Shown here: positions 28,655 to 38,099 of the stretch, one piece after another
Layout of the letters: each line of letters begins with the position of its first letter
Numbering within the stretch: the stretch's first letter is position 1
Source of the DNA: an uncultured Angelakisella sp.
GTDB lineage: Bacteria > Bacillota > Clostridia > Oscillospirales > Ruminococcaceae
Direction of reading: 5' to 3'
Assembly (NCBI GenBank): GCA_910585535.1
Contig: CAJUFK010000004.1
Span: forward strand, 3,841-67,840
DNA length: 64,000 nucleotides
Made by a program: the position numbers and the translations under genes
Notes under the pieces: model-generated
What the model was told of the DNA's origin: nothing
The model's database searches: none
The model's input: the letters and a program-made list of their open reading frames with translations, nothing else

Positions 28655-29736
28655 AACCTCTCCTCCCGGTTTAACTTGATCCGCAGCCCTTCAATGATTT
28701 CCGCTTTTTCTTCCTCACTTTTTGCCGTATCATACTGCCCTAGGGCTTTGTCCCGCATGATTTCTGCCCGCCGGCTCCATCTCTCAAACTCCGCCTTGCT
28801 CATCTTTCCTTTTCTGGTCCGGGCAAAAAACTTTTTGTAAGCCCGCTGGTGTACCATCCAGACCTCGTTATTTCGCACCTTCTCCCGGAAACTGCTCTTC
28901 GCCCCGATCTCCCGGCAAGTGGCTTTCTCCTCCCCCGGGGCGATGTTGGTGCAGTAGGAGTAGCTTGCCCCAGGCGTCTGTAAAAACCACTTCCCGCAGT
29001 TGGTGCACCGCTTGGGGATAAATCCCTTCTGTAATCCCCGCATGAACTCCACATAAACAAAGTCGATGAGCCGGTCAAAATACATCTTCTCCACCAGCTC
29101 CGGCTTGCATCCGGCCATGTTCAGCATGGCAAACTGGATATTCACTTGGGGCGCGTCCACATCCGGTGATGCCCCCAGACTGACACCGCTCACATAAGGC
29201 TCCAAAAATTTTTGCAGCATCCGTTCCGCCAGAGGTTCTTTCCTCTGGCCCTTTTTCTTTTCAAAGGGGGTACCCTCATAGAAGCTGTCCAGAAACCAGG
29301 TGTACTGCTGTTGGATCACAGCCAGATCGTCCCGGACCCGGTAATACAGCCGCAGATAGCTGTCATCTCCGGCGGCGATGTCCTCCGCAATATAGCGGTG
29401 GGCATTTTCATCGATGGAGGCGAGATAGGCCAAAGGGTCTGCTGTCTCCAAAAACCGGATAAAGATGCGGTAGAAGGGCATCGCGACCAATTCCTCTGTC
29501 AGAGAAAAAAGATGGTCTGGGATCGTATCCAGATTTTTTTCGGTAATGGCCTGCTCCAAGGCGGAGAACTTTTGCAGGTATGGTTTGGTATCGTAGTTGA
29601 GCAGGTCGGTGAGCACCGTACCGTAGGGAATCGGATCGGAAATGTCCTCCAGCCAATATCTTTTTGCGCCGAACTGTACCTCGGTATGTTCTACACACCG
29701 GCGAAAATTGAAAATATCCTTCCCCAAAACACCCAT
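28651..29736 (-). CDS. DUF6076-like protein with zinc-ribbon C-terminus
   Basis: C-terminal KRCTNCGKWF...SYC...TCREIGA...RAYKK pattern. Confidence 0.7.
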   Translation of the reverse strand: MGVLGKDIFNFRRCVEHTEVQFGAKRYWLEDISDPIPYGTVLTDLLNYDTKPYLQKFSALEQAITEKNLDTIPDHLFSLTEELVAMPFYRIFIRFLETADPLAYLASIDENAHRYIAEDIAAGDDSYLRLYYRVRDDLAVIQQQYTWFLDSFYEGTPFEKKKGQRKEPLAERMLQKFLEPYVSGVSLGASPDVDAPQVNIQFAMLNMAGCKPELVEKMYFDRLIDFVYVEFMRGLQKGFIPKRCTNCGKWFLQTPGASYSYCTNIAPGEEKATCREIGAKSSFREKVRNNEVWMVHQRAYKKFFARTRKGKMSKAEFERWSRRAEIMRDKALGQYDTAKSEEEKAEIIEGLRIKLNREERL

Positions 29737-29884
29737 GTCCGTTCTCCCCCCCGGTAGAGAATCTGTTTTTTGCGATATAGAGTATCTATCAATATTATAG
29801 ATTCCCTATTGCCAACTGTCAAGAAATCTGTTACCCTAAAGATGGGCGAACAAATATTCTAAAGGGAGAGGAGGAAAGAAAGAC

Positions 29885-30925
29885 ATGGAACGGCTCAAAA
29901 CTATTGATGGAGAAACCTTGCTGAGGGAACCCTTGCAGCCGCTGAACTTCATTGTGGAAACGCTGCTTTCCCAGGGCTTGCATATCCTGGCAGGCTCCCC
30001 GAAGGTGGGAAAATCCTGGCTGGCTCTGTGGCTCAGTGTCCAGGTGGCGAAGGGGGAACCGGTCTGGGGAATGGAGGTGAGGCAAGGCACAACGCTCTAC
30101 CTTTGCCTGGAGGATTCCCGCCTGCGGATTCAAAATCGCTTGTCCGAGATCACCGAAAGCGCCCCCGCCAGTGTCCACTTCTGTACCGAATGTTCCCCTC
30201 TTGGCAAAGGGCTGGAACAGCAGCTGGAAACCTTTCTGACAGACCACAGCGATACTGTCCTGGTAATTATCGACACCCTGCAAATGATCCGAGGCGTCCG
30301 TTTCGACAACGCCTACGCCAATGACTACCGGGATCTGTCCGTCCTCAAAAAGATCGCGGACAGGCATCAGATCGCCATTCTGCTGATCCACCACCTGCGC
30401 AAGGAAGGGGCGGAGGATGTGTTCGCCCGCATCTCCGGCACCACCGCCATCAGCGGAGCGGTGGACAGTAGCTTCACCTTGGTGGAAGAACAGCGGGGGA
30501 GCGGCAGGGCAAAGCTGTTCTGTGTGGGCCGGGACATTGAGTATCGGGAGATCACGCTGGAGCGGAACGAAGAAAATGTCTGGGAGATGCAGTCAGATTC
30601 CTTCCGCCAGCCGGAATTGCTGGGGGATAAGGTGGTACAGCTCCTGGACCGGATGACCAGGGAACAGCCGACCTTTATCGGCACTCCCACCCAGCTGGTG
30701 GAGACCATTGACCCTTTGGGAACCGAGAATCTCTCCCCCAAACGGATCGCCCGGAGGATCGAGCAAAGCGCAGGAATGCTGGGAAAACTGGGCATCACCA
30801 GCCTGACCCGGAGGAGCAATGGCAAGCGGCTTATCGAGCTGCACCGTGCCGACAGTGCCGCTGAGCAGTGTACCCCGAGGCTTGACCCTGTTGCCCCTGC
30901 CAGCGCCCCGGAAAGGCCGCCGTAG
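29885..30925 (+). CDS. AAA_25/RepA-like helicase-type ATPase of a mobile element
   Basis: LAGSPKVGKS, LYLCLED, LVIIDTLQ, LIHHLRK, ISGTTAISGAVD. Confidence 0.85.
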   Translation: MERLKTIDGETLLREPLQPLNFIVETLLSQGLHILAGSPKVGKSWLALWLSVQVAKGEPVWGMEVRQGTTLYLCLEDSRLRIQNRLSEITESAPASVHFCTECSPLGKGLEQQLETFLTDHSDTVLVIIDTLQMIRGVRFDNAYANDYRDLSVLKKIADRHQIAILLIHHLRKEGAEDVFARISGTTAISGAVDSSFTLVEEQRGSGRAKLFCVGRDIEYREITLERNEENVWEMQSDSFRQPELLGDKVVQLLDRMTREQPTFIGTPTQLVETIDPLGTENLSPKRIARRIEQSAGMLGKLGITSLTRRSNGKRLIELHRADSAAEQCTPRLDPVAPASAPERPP

Positions 30926-31463
30926 GCCCTCCCGGAGGGGAGCTTGGGAAAGGGGGACCCAATTAGGTTCCCACTCCACACAGGGCGTTTTTGACCGGGA
31001 CTTGAAGAGACAGGAAAACTGGGACAGGGAGCCTTTTCCGATGGTCGAAAAATCAGCAGGTTAAAGGCAGGGGGTCGCTTGCGCCCTCCCTGCCACTCAC
31101 ACCGCCCCGCAATGCGGGTCGGTAAGCAGGTTTACGGAGTTTACCAGGTTGGGGTCATAGGTACACCCTCTGGGGTCAGTTTGGCTGTCATGGGTGGCCG
31201 GTCACAGGAAAAAAGGTCCAAAAATTCGCATAGAATAGCGGTTTTTCCGGGTGCACCCACAAGGTTCGCCTGTGCGGTCATCCCGGAAAAGCGAGAAAAG
31301 AGGTGAGCGAAATGGTGTTTCCTCAAAGGACAAGAAGAATTGCGGCAAGGTAGGAGAAGGGGGCTAAAGCGATACGCAGGACCAGACAAAACCTCTGTGC
31401 TTTTTCCCCGGCTTGTCCACATAGATATGGACTATGACAGAAGGAAGGGGAGGCACGGAGAAG

Positions 31464-31724
31464 ATGAAAAACCAGAAGCTGACCTATCGGTTCCACGACC
31501 CAAACCCGCCGGGGGTTGCCGTAGCGTATCTCCTAAAGGTGCTGATGGAAGTCAACGCACCCAAGGTGGAACAGGCCATCCGGGAGGCGATGTCCGCCGG
31601 GGAAGCGGAGGAGAAGATTGAGCAGGAGAGCCAGGAGCAGGACGAGGCGGTCTATGAACCGGAAGAATTTGAAGAAGAGGAAGAATCCCTTTCTCAAGGC
31701 TGGGAAATGTCCATGACGACGTAA
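31464..31724 (+). CDS. Small hypothetical protein of a mobile element
   Basis: MKNQKLTYRFHDPNP...acidic tail; purine-rich RBS. Confidence 0.6.
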   Translation: MKNQKLTYRFHDPNPPGVAVAYLLKVLMEVNAPKVEQAIREAMSAGEAEEKIEQESQEQDEAVYEPEEFEEEEESLSQGWEMSMTT

Positions 31725-31750
31725 CAGCAGAACATTCGGATAGAGGGAAG

Positions 31751-31799
31751 TCAAAGGGAAGAGCCCTTCCGCCCAGCCAGAAAAGGCTCTTCCCTTTGA
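31751..31799. terminator. Hairpin between convergent genes
   Basis: TCAAAGGGAAGAGCC...GGCTCTTCCCTTTGA perfect 15 bp inverted repeat. Confidence 0.7.
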
Positions 31800-31808
31800 T
31801 ATGCTCTG

Positions 31809-33014
31809 TCAATCGGTCAGCCCTAACAGCCAATCCCTGGCATTGACTCGCCGGATGCCATCGTACTGGGCCTCGGGATCATCGTCCAGGGTGAGAATAA
31901 ACTTGGGGTAGTGGTCACGGATCATCATAAGGGGACGTAGCTCCCGCTCCAAGGTCTGTTCGTTTCGCACCGACAAAGCGACTTGAAAGTAGGTGGTTCC
32001 CCTGCTGTTTTGGGCGACAAAGTCCACTTCGTATTCGTCCACCTTGCCCACCGAAACATCATACCCTCGGCGGAGAAGCTCAAGATAAACCACATTTTCC
32101 AGGATGTGCCCGGCATCAGCTTGGCGGGAACCAAGAAGCATAAACCGTAGTCCAATATCAACGACATAGTATTTTTCCAGCGTCTTCAGATATTGCTTTC
32201 CCTTGATGTTGTACCGCTTGGCCTGGTAGATGATGTAGCTTTCGGAGAGAGCCTCCAGGTACCGCTCCACTGTTTTGGCATCGATCTTTCTGCCGTCAGA
32301 GGTCATGGTATCCGCAATTTTTTTGGAGGATAAGGGACTTCCGATGTTATCAAACACAAACCGGAGGATGCTTTTTAGCATCATGGTATCGGTGATCTTC
32401 TTCCGGCTGACAATATCCTTGACAAGGATCGTGTTGTAGATGCCCTCCAGATAATCCCGAAGCTCGTTAGGCCGTCCCTTTAGTTCCAGCGCATAGGGGA
32501 AGGAACTGTTCTCCAAATATTCAACATATTTGGTACTGCGGTCCTCCATACTTCCGGTGCTTTCCATGTATTCCCGGAAGGAAAGGGGCAGCATTTCGAT
32601 CTGCACATACCGCCCCGAAATCAGAGTGGCGATCTCACTGGACAGCATATAGGCGTTGGAGCCGGTGAGATAAAGGTCCACATTTTTCTTGATGAAAAGG
32701 CTGTCTACCGCCCGGGGAAAATCCTTGACGTGCTGGATCTCGTCCAGAAAAACGTAGGTCATCTTCCCGGGAATCAGCCGCTCCTTTAGGTAAGAATAAA
32801 GGCGTTTGTAGTCGGTCAGCTCCTCGTAGTCGATGTCCTCAAAGTTGATGGAGATGATCTGCCGCTCCTCCACCCCCTGCTGTTTCAGCCAGTCCTGGTA
32901 AAGCTCCAGCAGGGTGGATTTTCCACACCGCCGGATGCCGGTGACGATTTTGATGAGCTGCTTATCCCGAAAGGCGATCAGCCGGTCAAGATACTCGGTC
33001 CTTTGCAGAAGCAT
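31809..33014 (-). CDS. AAA_14 ATPase with DUF4143 (C-terminal nuclease-like) domain
   Basis: TGIRRCGKST, FLDEIQ, LTGSNA, KYYVVDIGL, LENVVYLEL, EVDFV, YFQV. Confidence 0.9.
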   Translation of the reverse strand: MLLQRTEYLDRLIAFRDKQLIKIVTGIRRCGKSTLLELYQDWLKQQGVEERQIISINFEDIDYEELTDYKRLYSYLKERLIPGKMTYVFLDEIQHVKDFPRAVDSLFIKKNVDLYLTGSNAYMLSSEIATLISGRYVQIEMLPLSFREYMESTGSMEDRSTKYVEYLENSSFPYALELKGRPNELRDYLEGIYNTILVKDIVSRKKITDTMMLKSILRFVFDNIGSPLSSKKIADTMTSDGRKIDAKTVERYLEALSESYIIYQAKRYNIKGKQYLKTLEKYYVVDIGLRFMLLGSRQADAGHILENVVYLELLRRGYDVSVGKVDEYEVDFVAQNSRGTTYFQVALSVRNEQTLERELRPLMMIRDHYPKFILTLDDDPEAQYDGIRRVNARDWLLGLTD

Positions 33015-33144
33015 TTCTAAACCTCCAATTTCTAGTATCTTCAGCATACACGAAAGTCAGTAAAAAATCAAGGGTTTTGGGAACACAGTCCTAAAACTCT
33101 TGAAAACTCGACATTTTTTGGATTCTAAAACTTCCTAATCAGTC

Positions 33145-33878
33145 TCACAGCGATTCAAAGTCATCCAACCTAAGCTCTCGCTTCAATTTTTCTTCAGTGG
33201 GCGGATAAGCCATATACTTTTGAAAACCCCCTCCCAAGCTCCAAAAGAAACCTCTGCAAATGGTCAATCAGCGCCTGTTATAAAAATGTCCATTTGTTGG
33301 AAGGTCCAAAAACTCCAGCACATAGGGATCCTTGATGATCTGCTCATACTCCGGTTTTGGTTCTATGGTCTGAATCTCCGCTGCAACGTTTTCCTTATCC
33401 CGGCTTGCCAGGATGCGCTGATAGAACATGGTGTTGATCTACCGGTGCAATTGGCGAACACTCCAACCGACCTTGACCGATTCCTCGGCATAAAAGGCTC
33501 TAGCCTGCTCATTTTCTATACGCATAAGCAGACAGTAATGGGACCAACTCAATTTGGGGCACAGTGTGTCCCGAATTGGAAACGCAAAGTAGAACCGCCG
33601 CATCTTACGCAGGTTACTTTCATCAAATCCCAGCCCAAACTCGGCAGTCAGTTTGGCGGAAATGTATTGCAACACCTGTTTTCCATAAGCCGCCTGGTTA
33701 TTCTCCCCGCAGGCTTCAAAAAATGCCTTGCCAATGTTCCAGTAAGCGTTGACCATAGCGGTATTGACCGCCGTATAGACCTGCCGTTGTGCCTCGATGA
33801 CATAGCCCTGGATGGACCGATAGATGTCCTCTGATTGAAAATCCTCCAGTGGATTTTGATTTTCAGCAACTCGTCCAT
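33145..33878 (-). pseudogene. DUF1016/YhcG PD-(D/E)XK nuclease pseudogene
   Basis: AVNTAMVNAYWNIG, LSWSHY, WSVRQL, IKDPYVLEFL pieces split across frames; LELGRGFS-like sequence jumps directly to the C-terminal KYMAYPPTEEKLKREL. Confidence 0.8.
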
Positions 33879-34065
33879 ACCCAATACCCCCCTGGCAAAC
33901 AAAATCATCATCTGTCAATAATCATAGTGTAGCATACCGAAAGTGGAAAATACAAGTATAACTGGAGAAAAAGGCCGGAAATGGATTGCGGAAAATCCAT
34001 TCGTTTCTATCCGTTCGTGTAGTATGCTCGGTTCTAACAGAACGAAACAAATCAAACAAAGAAGA

Positions 34066-35391
34066 CTAAACTAAAAGCCCAATCAACCGATCTGTTTGAT
34101 CCGCCAGAAACAACGGAATGTTTAGAACATCATCGTCCAGCTTCAAATTGTCCAGCGAAAATCTTACCCGCAGCTTGACCTTGTCCGCAAACAGCTCTTT
34201 GTATTTCCGAAGGCTTCTGCTGGAAAGATTGGTCTCGGATTTTACCTCGATGGGGAAAATATCGTTCTCCCGTTGGATAAGGAAGTCTACTTCATAGGGC
34301 GGGTTATTCTGGCTCCAGTAACGGGGGACCACCTCGAACTGTGTCATCAGTGTTTGAAGCACAAAGTTTTCGGTCAACGCCCCCTTGAACTCGGTGAACA
34401 GGCGGTTGCCTTCTCCAAACGCTGTGGGGGCCAGTTGCGCCAGCCGGCGGAGCAGCCCCACATCCGCCAGATAGATCTTAAAGGCGGAAAGATCGTCATA
34501 GGCAGAAATCGGCAGGCCCGGCGCAGTGCTGCGGTAGATCTTGTGTACCAGTCGGGCGTCTACCAGCCATTGCAGTGCGTCTTCATATTCCCTGGCTCTT
34601 GCCCCTTCCTTGACCACCCGATAAAGAAACTTCTTGTTTTCCCTTGCCAGTTGGGATGGAATGGACTTCCAGATCATGGAGATTTTTGGGAACTCACTGA
34701 TGCTGGGATGCTTTGCAAAATCGCGCTCATATGCGCCGATGATGCCGGAGAGGGCCTCCTGCATTGCGTCCACATCCCGGGCTTCGGTCCACATCAGGAC
34801 CGGCTCCGGCATTCCCCCGGTGACATAGTACATCTTCAGCTTTTCATACAAAGGGTTGAAGAAGGCATCGGGGATGGGTTCGATGGTATTGATGCTTTTC
34901 AGATATTCGGCCAGGTTCCCGTCCCCGTTGGCAAGCAGGAACTCAGAAAAGGTCATGGGATCGATCTGCATAAAGTTGACTTTGCCCACCGGGAAAGAGG
35001 ACGGTTTGGCAAGGGAGATGCCCAAAAGGGACCCAGCGCAGGCAATGTGGTACTGCGGAGCGTTTTCGCAAAAGTATTTCATGGAATTGATGACCTTGGG
35101 GCAGTCCTGCACCTCATCAAAGACGATCAGTGTCTTCCCGGGTACGATTTTCTGACCGCTGGCCAGGGTCAGATTCTGGAGCAAGCGCCCAACATCTTTG
35201 GTCGTTTCAAAAAATTGCCGGTATTCCTCGTGTTCGTCAAAGTTGAAATAGGCGGTGTTTTCATAATAGAGTCTGCCAAATTCCTTCAGGAGCCAGGTCT
35301 TTCCCACCTGGCGCACCCCTTTAAGGATCAGCGGCTTGCGGTAGGAGGAATTTTTCCACGCCAGCAGCTTTTCCAAAATCGATCGTTCCAT
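34066..35391 (-). CDS. AAA_14 ATPase with DUF4143 domain
   Basis: KGVRQVGKT, FDEVQ, AGSLLG, GGMPE, KIYLADVGLL, EVDFLI, PIEVKS. Confidence 0.9.
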   Translation of the reverse strand: MERSILEKLLAWKNSSYRKPLILKGVRQVGKTWLLKEFGRLYYENTAYFNFDEHEEYRQFFETTKDVGRLLQNLTLASGQKIVPGKTLIVFDEVQDCPKVINSMKYFCENAPQYHIACAGSLLGISLAKPSSFPVGKVNFMQIDPMTFSEFLLANGDGNLAEYLKSINTIEPIPDAFFNPLYEKLKMYYVTGGMPEPVLMWTEARDVDAMQEALSGIIGAYERDFAKHPSISEFPKISMIWKSIPSQLARENKKFLYRVVKEGARAREYEDALQWLVDARLVHKIYRSTAPGLPISAYDDLSAFKIYLADVGLLRRLAQLAPTAFGEGNRLFTEFKGALTENFVLQTLMTQFEVVPRYWSQNNPPYEVDFLIQRENDIFPIEVKSETNLSSRSLRKYKELFADKVKLRVRFSLDNLKLDDDVLNIPLFLADQTDRLIGLLV

Positions 35392-35536
35392 ATTTGACAC
35401 CCCGTTTCACATTTTTATTAGTGTCTTTGTGTATTATATTCACAATATTATTATAGATTACCTGGCCGAGAAATTCAAGAATTACAAAAAATTTGTGGAG
35501 AAAGGGGAAAAACAGCGGCAGAGAAAAAGATCCCTG

Positions 35537-35565
35537 TTGCGTACAAGGCGTTCTTGTGATATAAT
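35537..35565 (+). promoter_or_regulatory. sigmaA-type promoter of the serine recombinase
   Basis: TTGCGT-17 bp-TATAAT with extended TG. Confidence 0.6.
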
Positions 35566-35609
35566 CAGTTCTAACAGAGTGAAACAAATCGAACAGAGAG
35601 GTAACATCC

Positions 35610-37145
35610 ATGAACATCGCCGCCTACTGCCGTGTCTCCACCGACAAAGAGGATCAGCTGAACAGCTTGGAGGCCCAGAAACGCTTCTTCGCCGAATACA
35701 CCCAGCGCACCGGGGACCACCTGGTCCGCCTCTACGCCGACGAGGGCATCTCCGGCACAAAAATCAAAAACCGCAAGGAGTTCCTGCGGATGATGGCCGA
35801 CGCCGAAAAGGGCCTCTTCGAGATGGTGGTGGTCAAGGACATCTCCCGGTTTGCCCGAAACACCGTGGACCTCCTGCAAAACATCCGCAAGCTGAAAGCC
35901 CTGGGCATCGAGACACAGTTTCTCACCGCCAACATGACCAGTATGGGCAACAGCGAGTTTGTCCTCACCATCTTCGGTGCCTTGGCCCAGGAGGAGAGCG
36001 CCAACACCTCCAAGCGGGTAAAGTTCGGGAAGCGGCTCAACGCCGAGAAAGGCCGGGTCCCCAACATCGTCTACGGCTACGACAAAACCGCCGGGGACTA
36101 TTTTAACCTTGCCATCAACCGGGAGGAAGCCGCTGTCATCCGCCAGATCTACCAGTGGTACACCGAGGAAGGCTATGGCGGAGCCAAAATTGCCAACCTC
36201 CTCAACGAGCAGGGCCGCCGAACCAAACGGGGCTGCCTTTGGAGCCAAAACGCTGTCTGCCGTATTCTCACCAACGAATTATATACCGGAAAGATCATCA
36301 ACGGCAAGCAGGAGGTCACAGATTTTCTTACCGGCCAGCGGATAGAAAAGGACGAAACCGATTGGATCGTCACCGACCGTCCCGACCTGCAGATCATCAC
36401 CCCGGAGGTGTTCCAGTTGGCCCAGGAAGTCCTGCATTCCCGCCATAGTGCTTTCAAAGTCACCCATGAGCGGCAGAGCAACAAACACCTGTTTTCCACC
36501 CTCATCAAGTGCAAGGAGTGCGGCTGGTCCTTCCGGCGCACCGTCCGCACCTACAAAAACACCTATGTCCGCTGGGTCTGTTCCGGCCACAATGGACGGG
36601 GAGCCGACAGTTGCCCCAACGCCGTAACGGTGGACGAGGAAGAGTTGATTGAAGCCTTACAGGAATACTTTGCCGGTCTGCTGAAAGCAAAGAAATCGGT
36701 CATCAGCTATGTTGTGAGCCAATTCCAAAAGGTTTACAAGGCCAGGGATGAGAACCTGGACTACGAGAAGGAGTTGACCGCCCAACTTGCCAAGCTGCAA
36801 AAGACCCGGCAAAGATATATGGATATGTATGCTGACGACCTCATCACCCGGGAAGAACTGAACGCCAAAATCGGCGGGATGCGCCAGGAAATCGAACGCC
36901 TGGAAAACGAGTTGAAAATGATCTCCTACAACCTGACCAAAGGGGAACAGCTGGAAAGTGTCCTGACCAGCACCTTCAAGGAGATCGAGGACATTACCGA
37001 TGTTCACCAGATGACCAACACCCAACTGAAACGCATGATACAGAAGATCGAGGTGGATAAAGAGGGGAATGTTGACATCTACCTTCGTCTTTTGGGCGAT
37101 TTGGGACTGGACAATACCGTTCTGATTAGCGACAACCTTACATAA
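35610..37145 (+). CDS. Large serine recombinase (integrase; SpoIVCA/CisA-like architecture)
   Basis: AYCRVST catalytic Ser, YADEGISG, KDISRFAR, recombinase domain, zinc ribbon CKECG...C, coiled coil. Confidence 0.95.
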   Translation: MNIAAYCRVSTDKEDQLNSLEAQKRFFAEYTQRTGDHLVRLYADEGISGTKIKNRKEFLRMMADAEKGLFEMVVVKDISRFARNTVDLLQNIRKLKALGIETQFLTANMTSMGNSEFVLTIFGALAQEESANTSKRVKFGKRLNAEKGRVPNIVYGYDKTAGDYFNLAINREEAAVIRQIYQWYTEEGYGGAKIANLLNEQGRRTKRGCLWSQNAVCRILTNELYTGKIINGKQEVTDFLTGQRIEKDETDWIVTDRPDLQIITPEVFQLAQEVLHSRHSAFKVTHERQSNKHLFSTLIKCKECGWSFRRTVRTYKNTYVRWVCSGHNGRGADSCPNAVTVDEEELIEALQEYFAGLLKAKKSVISYVVSQFQKVYKARDENLDYEKELTAQLAKLQKTRQRYMDMYADDLITREELNAKIGGMRQEIERLENELKMISYNLTKGEQLESVLTSTFKEIEDITDVHQMTNTQLKRMIQKIEVDKEGNVDIYLRLLGDLGLDNTVLISDNLT

Positions 37146-37281
37146 GGACGTAACCGAGCGTCTCCCGGTCATCAACAACAAGCTATACCGTCAGGTAAAG
37201 GCGGTGCTGGAAAAGAATAAACAGGAACGGCATATCCGGGGGGGGCAGGCAACAAAGCTGAAATATGCCCACGGGGAATAG
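37141..37281 (+). CDS. spoIIID: 3' half of an interrupted spoIIID (sporulation transcription factor)
   Basis: Unlisted frame reads HKDVTERLPVINNKLYRQVKAVLEKNKQERHIRGGQATKLKYAHGE*, the SpoIIID C-terminal half; in-frame stop at 37123-37125 upstream and no start codon. Confidence 0.88.
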   Translation, partial: HKDVTERLPVINNKLYRQVKAVLEKNKQERHIRGGQATKLKYAHGE

Positions 37282-37291
37282 GTTTGCATCA

Positions 37292-37332
37292 AAAAACCGG
37301 CGAAAAGCCCTTGATAGGGTTCGCCGGTTTTT
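37292..37332. terminator. Bidirectional intrinsic terminator
   Basis: AAAAACCGGCGAA...TTCGCCGGTTTTT. Confidence 0.75.
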
Positions 37333-37341
37333 CCTTGCTCT

Positions 37342-37872
37342 TTATTTTGTAAATGTCTCGAAGCGATACCCAACCTTTCGGACGGTGACAATGTGCCGGC
37401 CAAATTCTCCAAGCTTCCGCCGAAGGCATTTTACATGGGTGTCCACGGTGCGGCTGTCCCCGGTATAACCCAGCTCCCAAACGCTTCCCAGCAGCTGTCC
37501 GCGGGTGAGGACCTGGTTGCGGTTTTGCAGGAGATAGGTGAGGAGCTGGAGTTCCCGAGGAGTGAGGAGGAGCGGTTCTCCGTTGAGGGAGGCCCGGCGG
37601 CGGCGGCAGTCTACCTCCAGCCCATCACACCGCAGAACGTTCTTTTCTGCGGTGATGGACTGATGGAGTTCCTTAAGATCGCCTACAAAGGACATGGTGG
37701 GGATGCCCTCTATCCCGGGGATGGCGATGTTAACAGAGAGGCCGACCTGCCCCTCTTCCAGCTGTGACAAAGAGTCGGAAGAGACCAGGCAGAGCCCAGC
37801 TTTGGCGAGGCAGTGGGCGACCAGGTAGTGGGCCTGTTCCAGCTGTTCGGTGGGCAGATTTTCGTGTTTCAT
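37342..37872 (-). CDS. OmpR/PhoB-type winged-helix DNA-binding protein without a recognisable receiver domain
   Basis: LTPRELQLLTYL, VLTRGQLLGSVW, RTVDTHVKCLRRKL, TVRKVGYRF. Confidence 0.85.
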   Translation of the reverse strand: MKHENLPTEQLEQAHYLVAHCLAKAGLCLVSSDSLSQLEEGQVGLSVNIAIPGIEGIPTMSFVGDLKELHQSITAEKNVLRCDGLEVDCRRRRASLNGEPLLLTPRELQLLTYLLQNRNQVLTRGQLLGSVWELGYTGDSRTVDTHVKCLRRKLGEFGRHIVTVRKVGYRFETFTK

Positions 37873-38061
37873 GGAGAATCGCTCCTCTCTTGTTTTGGAA
37901 TCTGGAGGAAGTATATCATAAAGTTATGGCGTTTTTGTGACGAAATTTGAAAGATAACTGAAAATTCCAAGGAATTTGAGGGTAAAACATCGATTTTTAG
38001 CATGAAAAGATGAAAATGATGTTCTTCTTTTGAGGAACGATGACCACGATTCTGCAAAGGA

Positions 38062-38089
38062 AAGAGAGGATGGAAGTCCATCCTCTCTT
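38062..38089 (-). terminator. Hairpin after GT2 gene
   Basis: AAGAGAGGATGGA-ag-TCCATCCTCTCTT perfect inverted repeat. Confidence 0.65.
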
Positions 38090-38099
38090 ATGACGCGAG

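Larger units (their letters stand above)
1..37145. mobile_element. Right part of a serine-recombinase genomic island integrated in spoIIID (left end not found in window)
   Basis: Terminal recombinase abutting the split gene; visibly lower GC than the backbone beyond 37.3 kb; accessory cargo. The true left boundary is unknown. Confidence 0.55.

Noticed and set aside
37238..37245. G8 homopolymer in the spoIIID fragment as a slippage switch
   Set aside because: It is in frame and encodes the conserved RGG of SpoIIID
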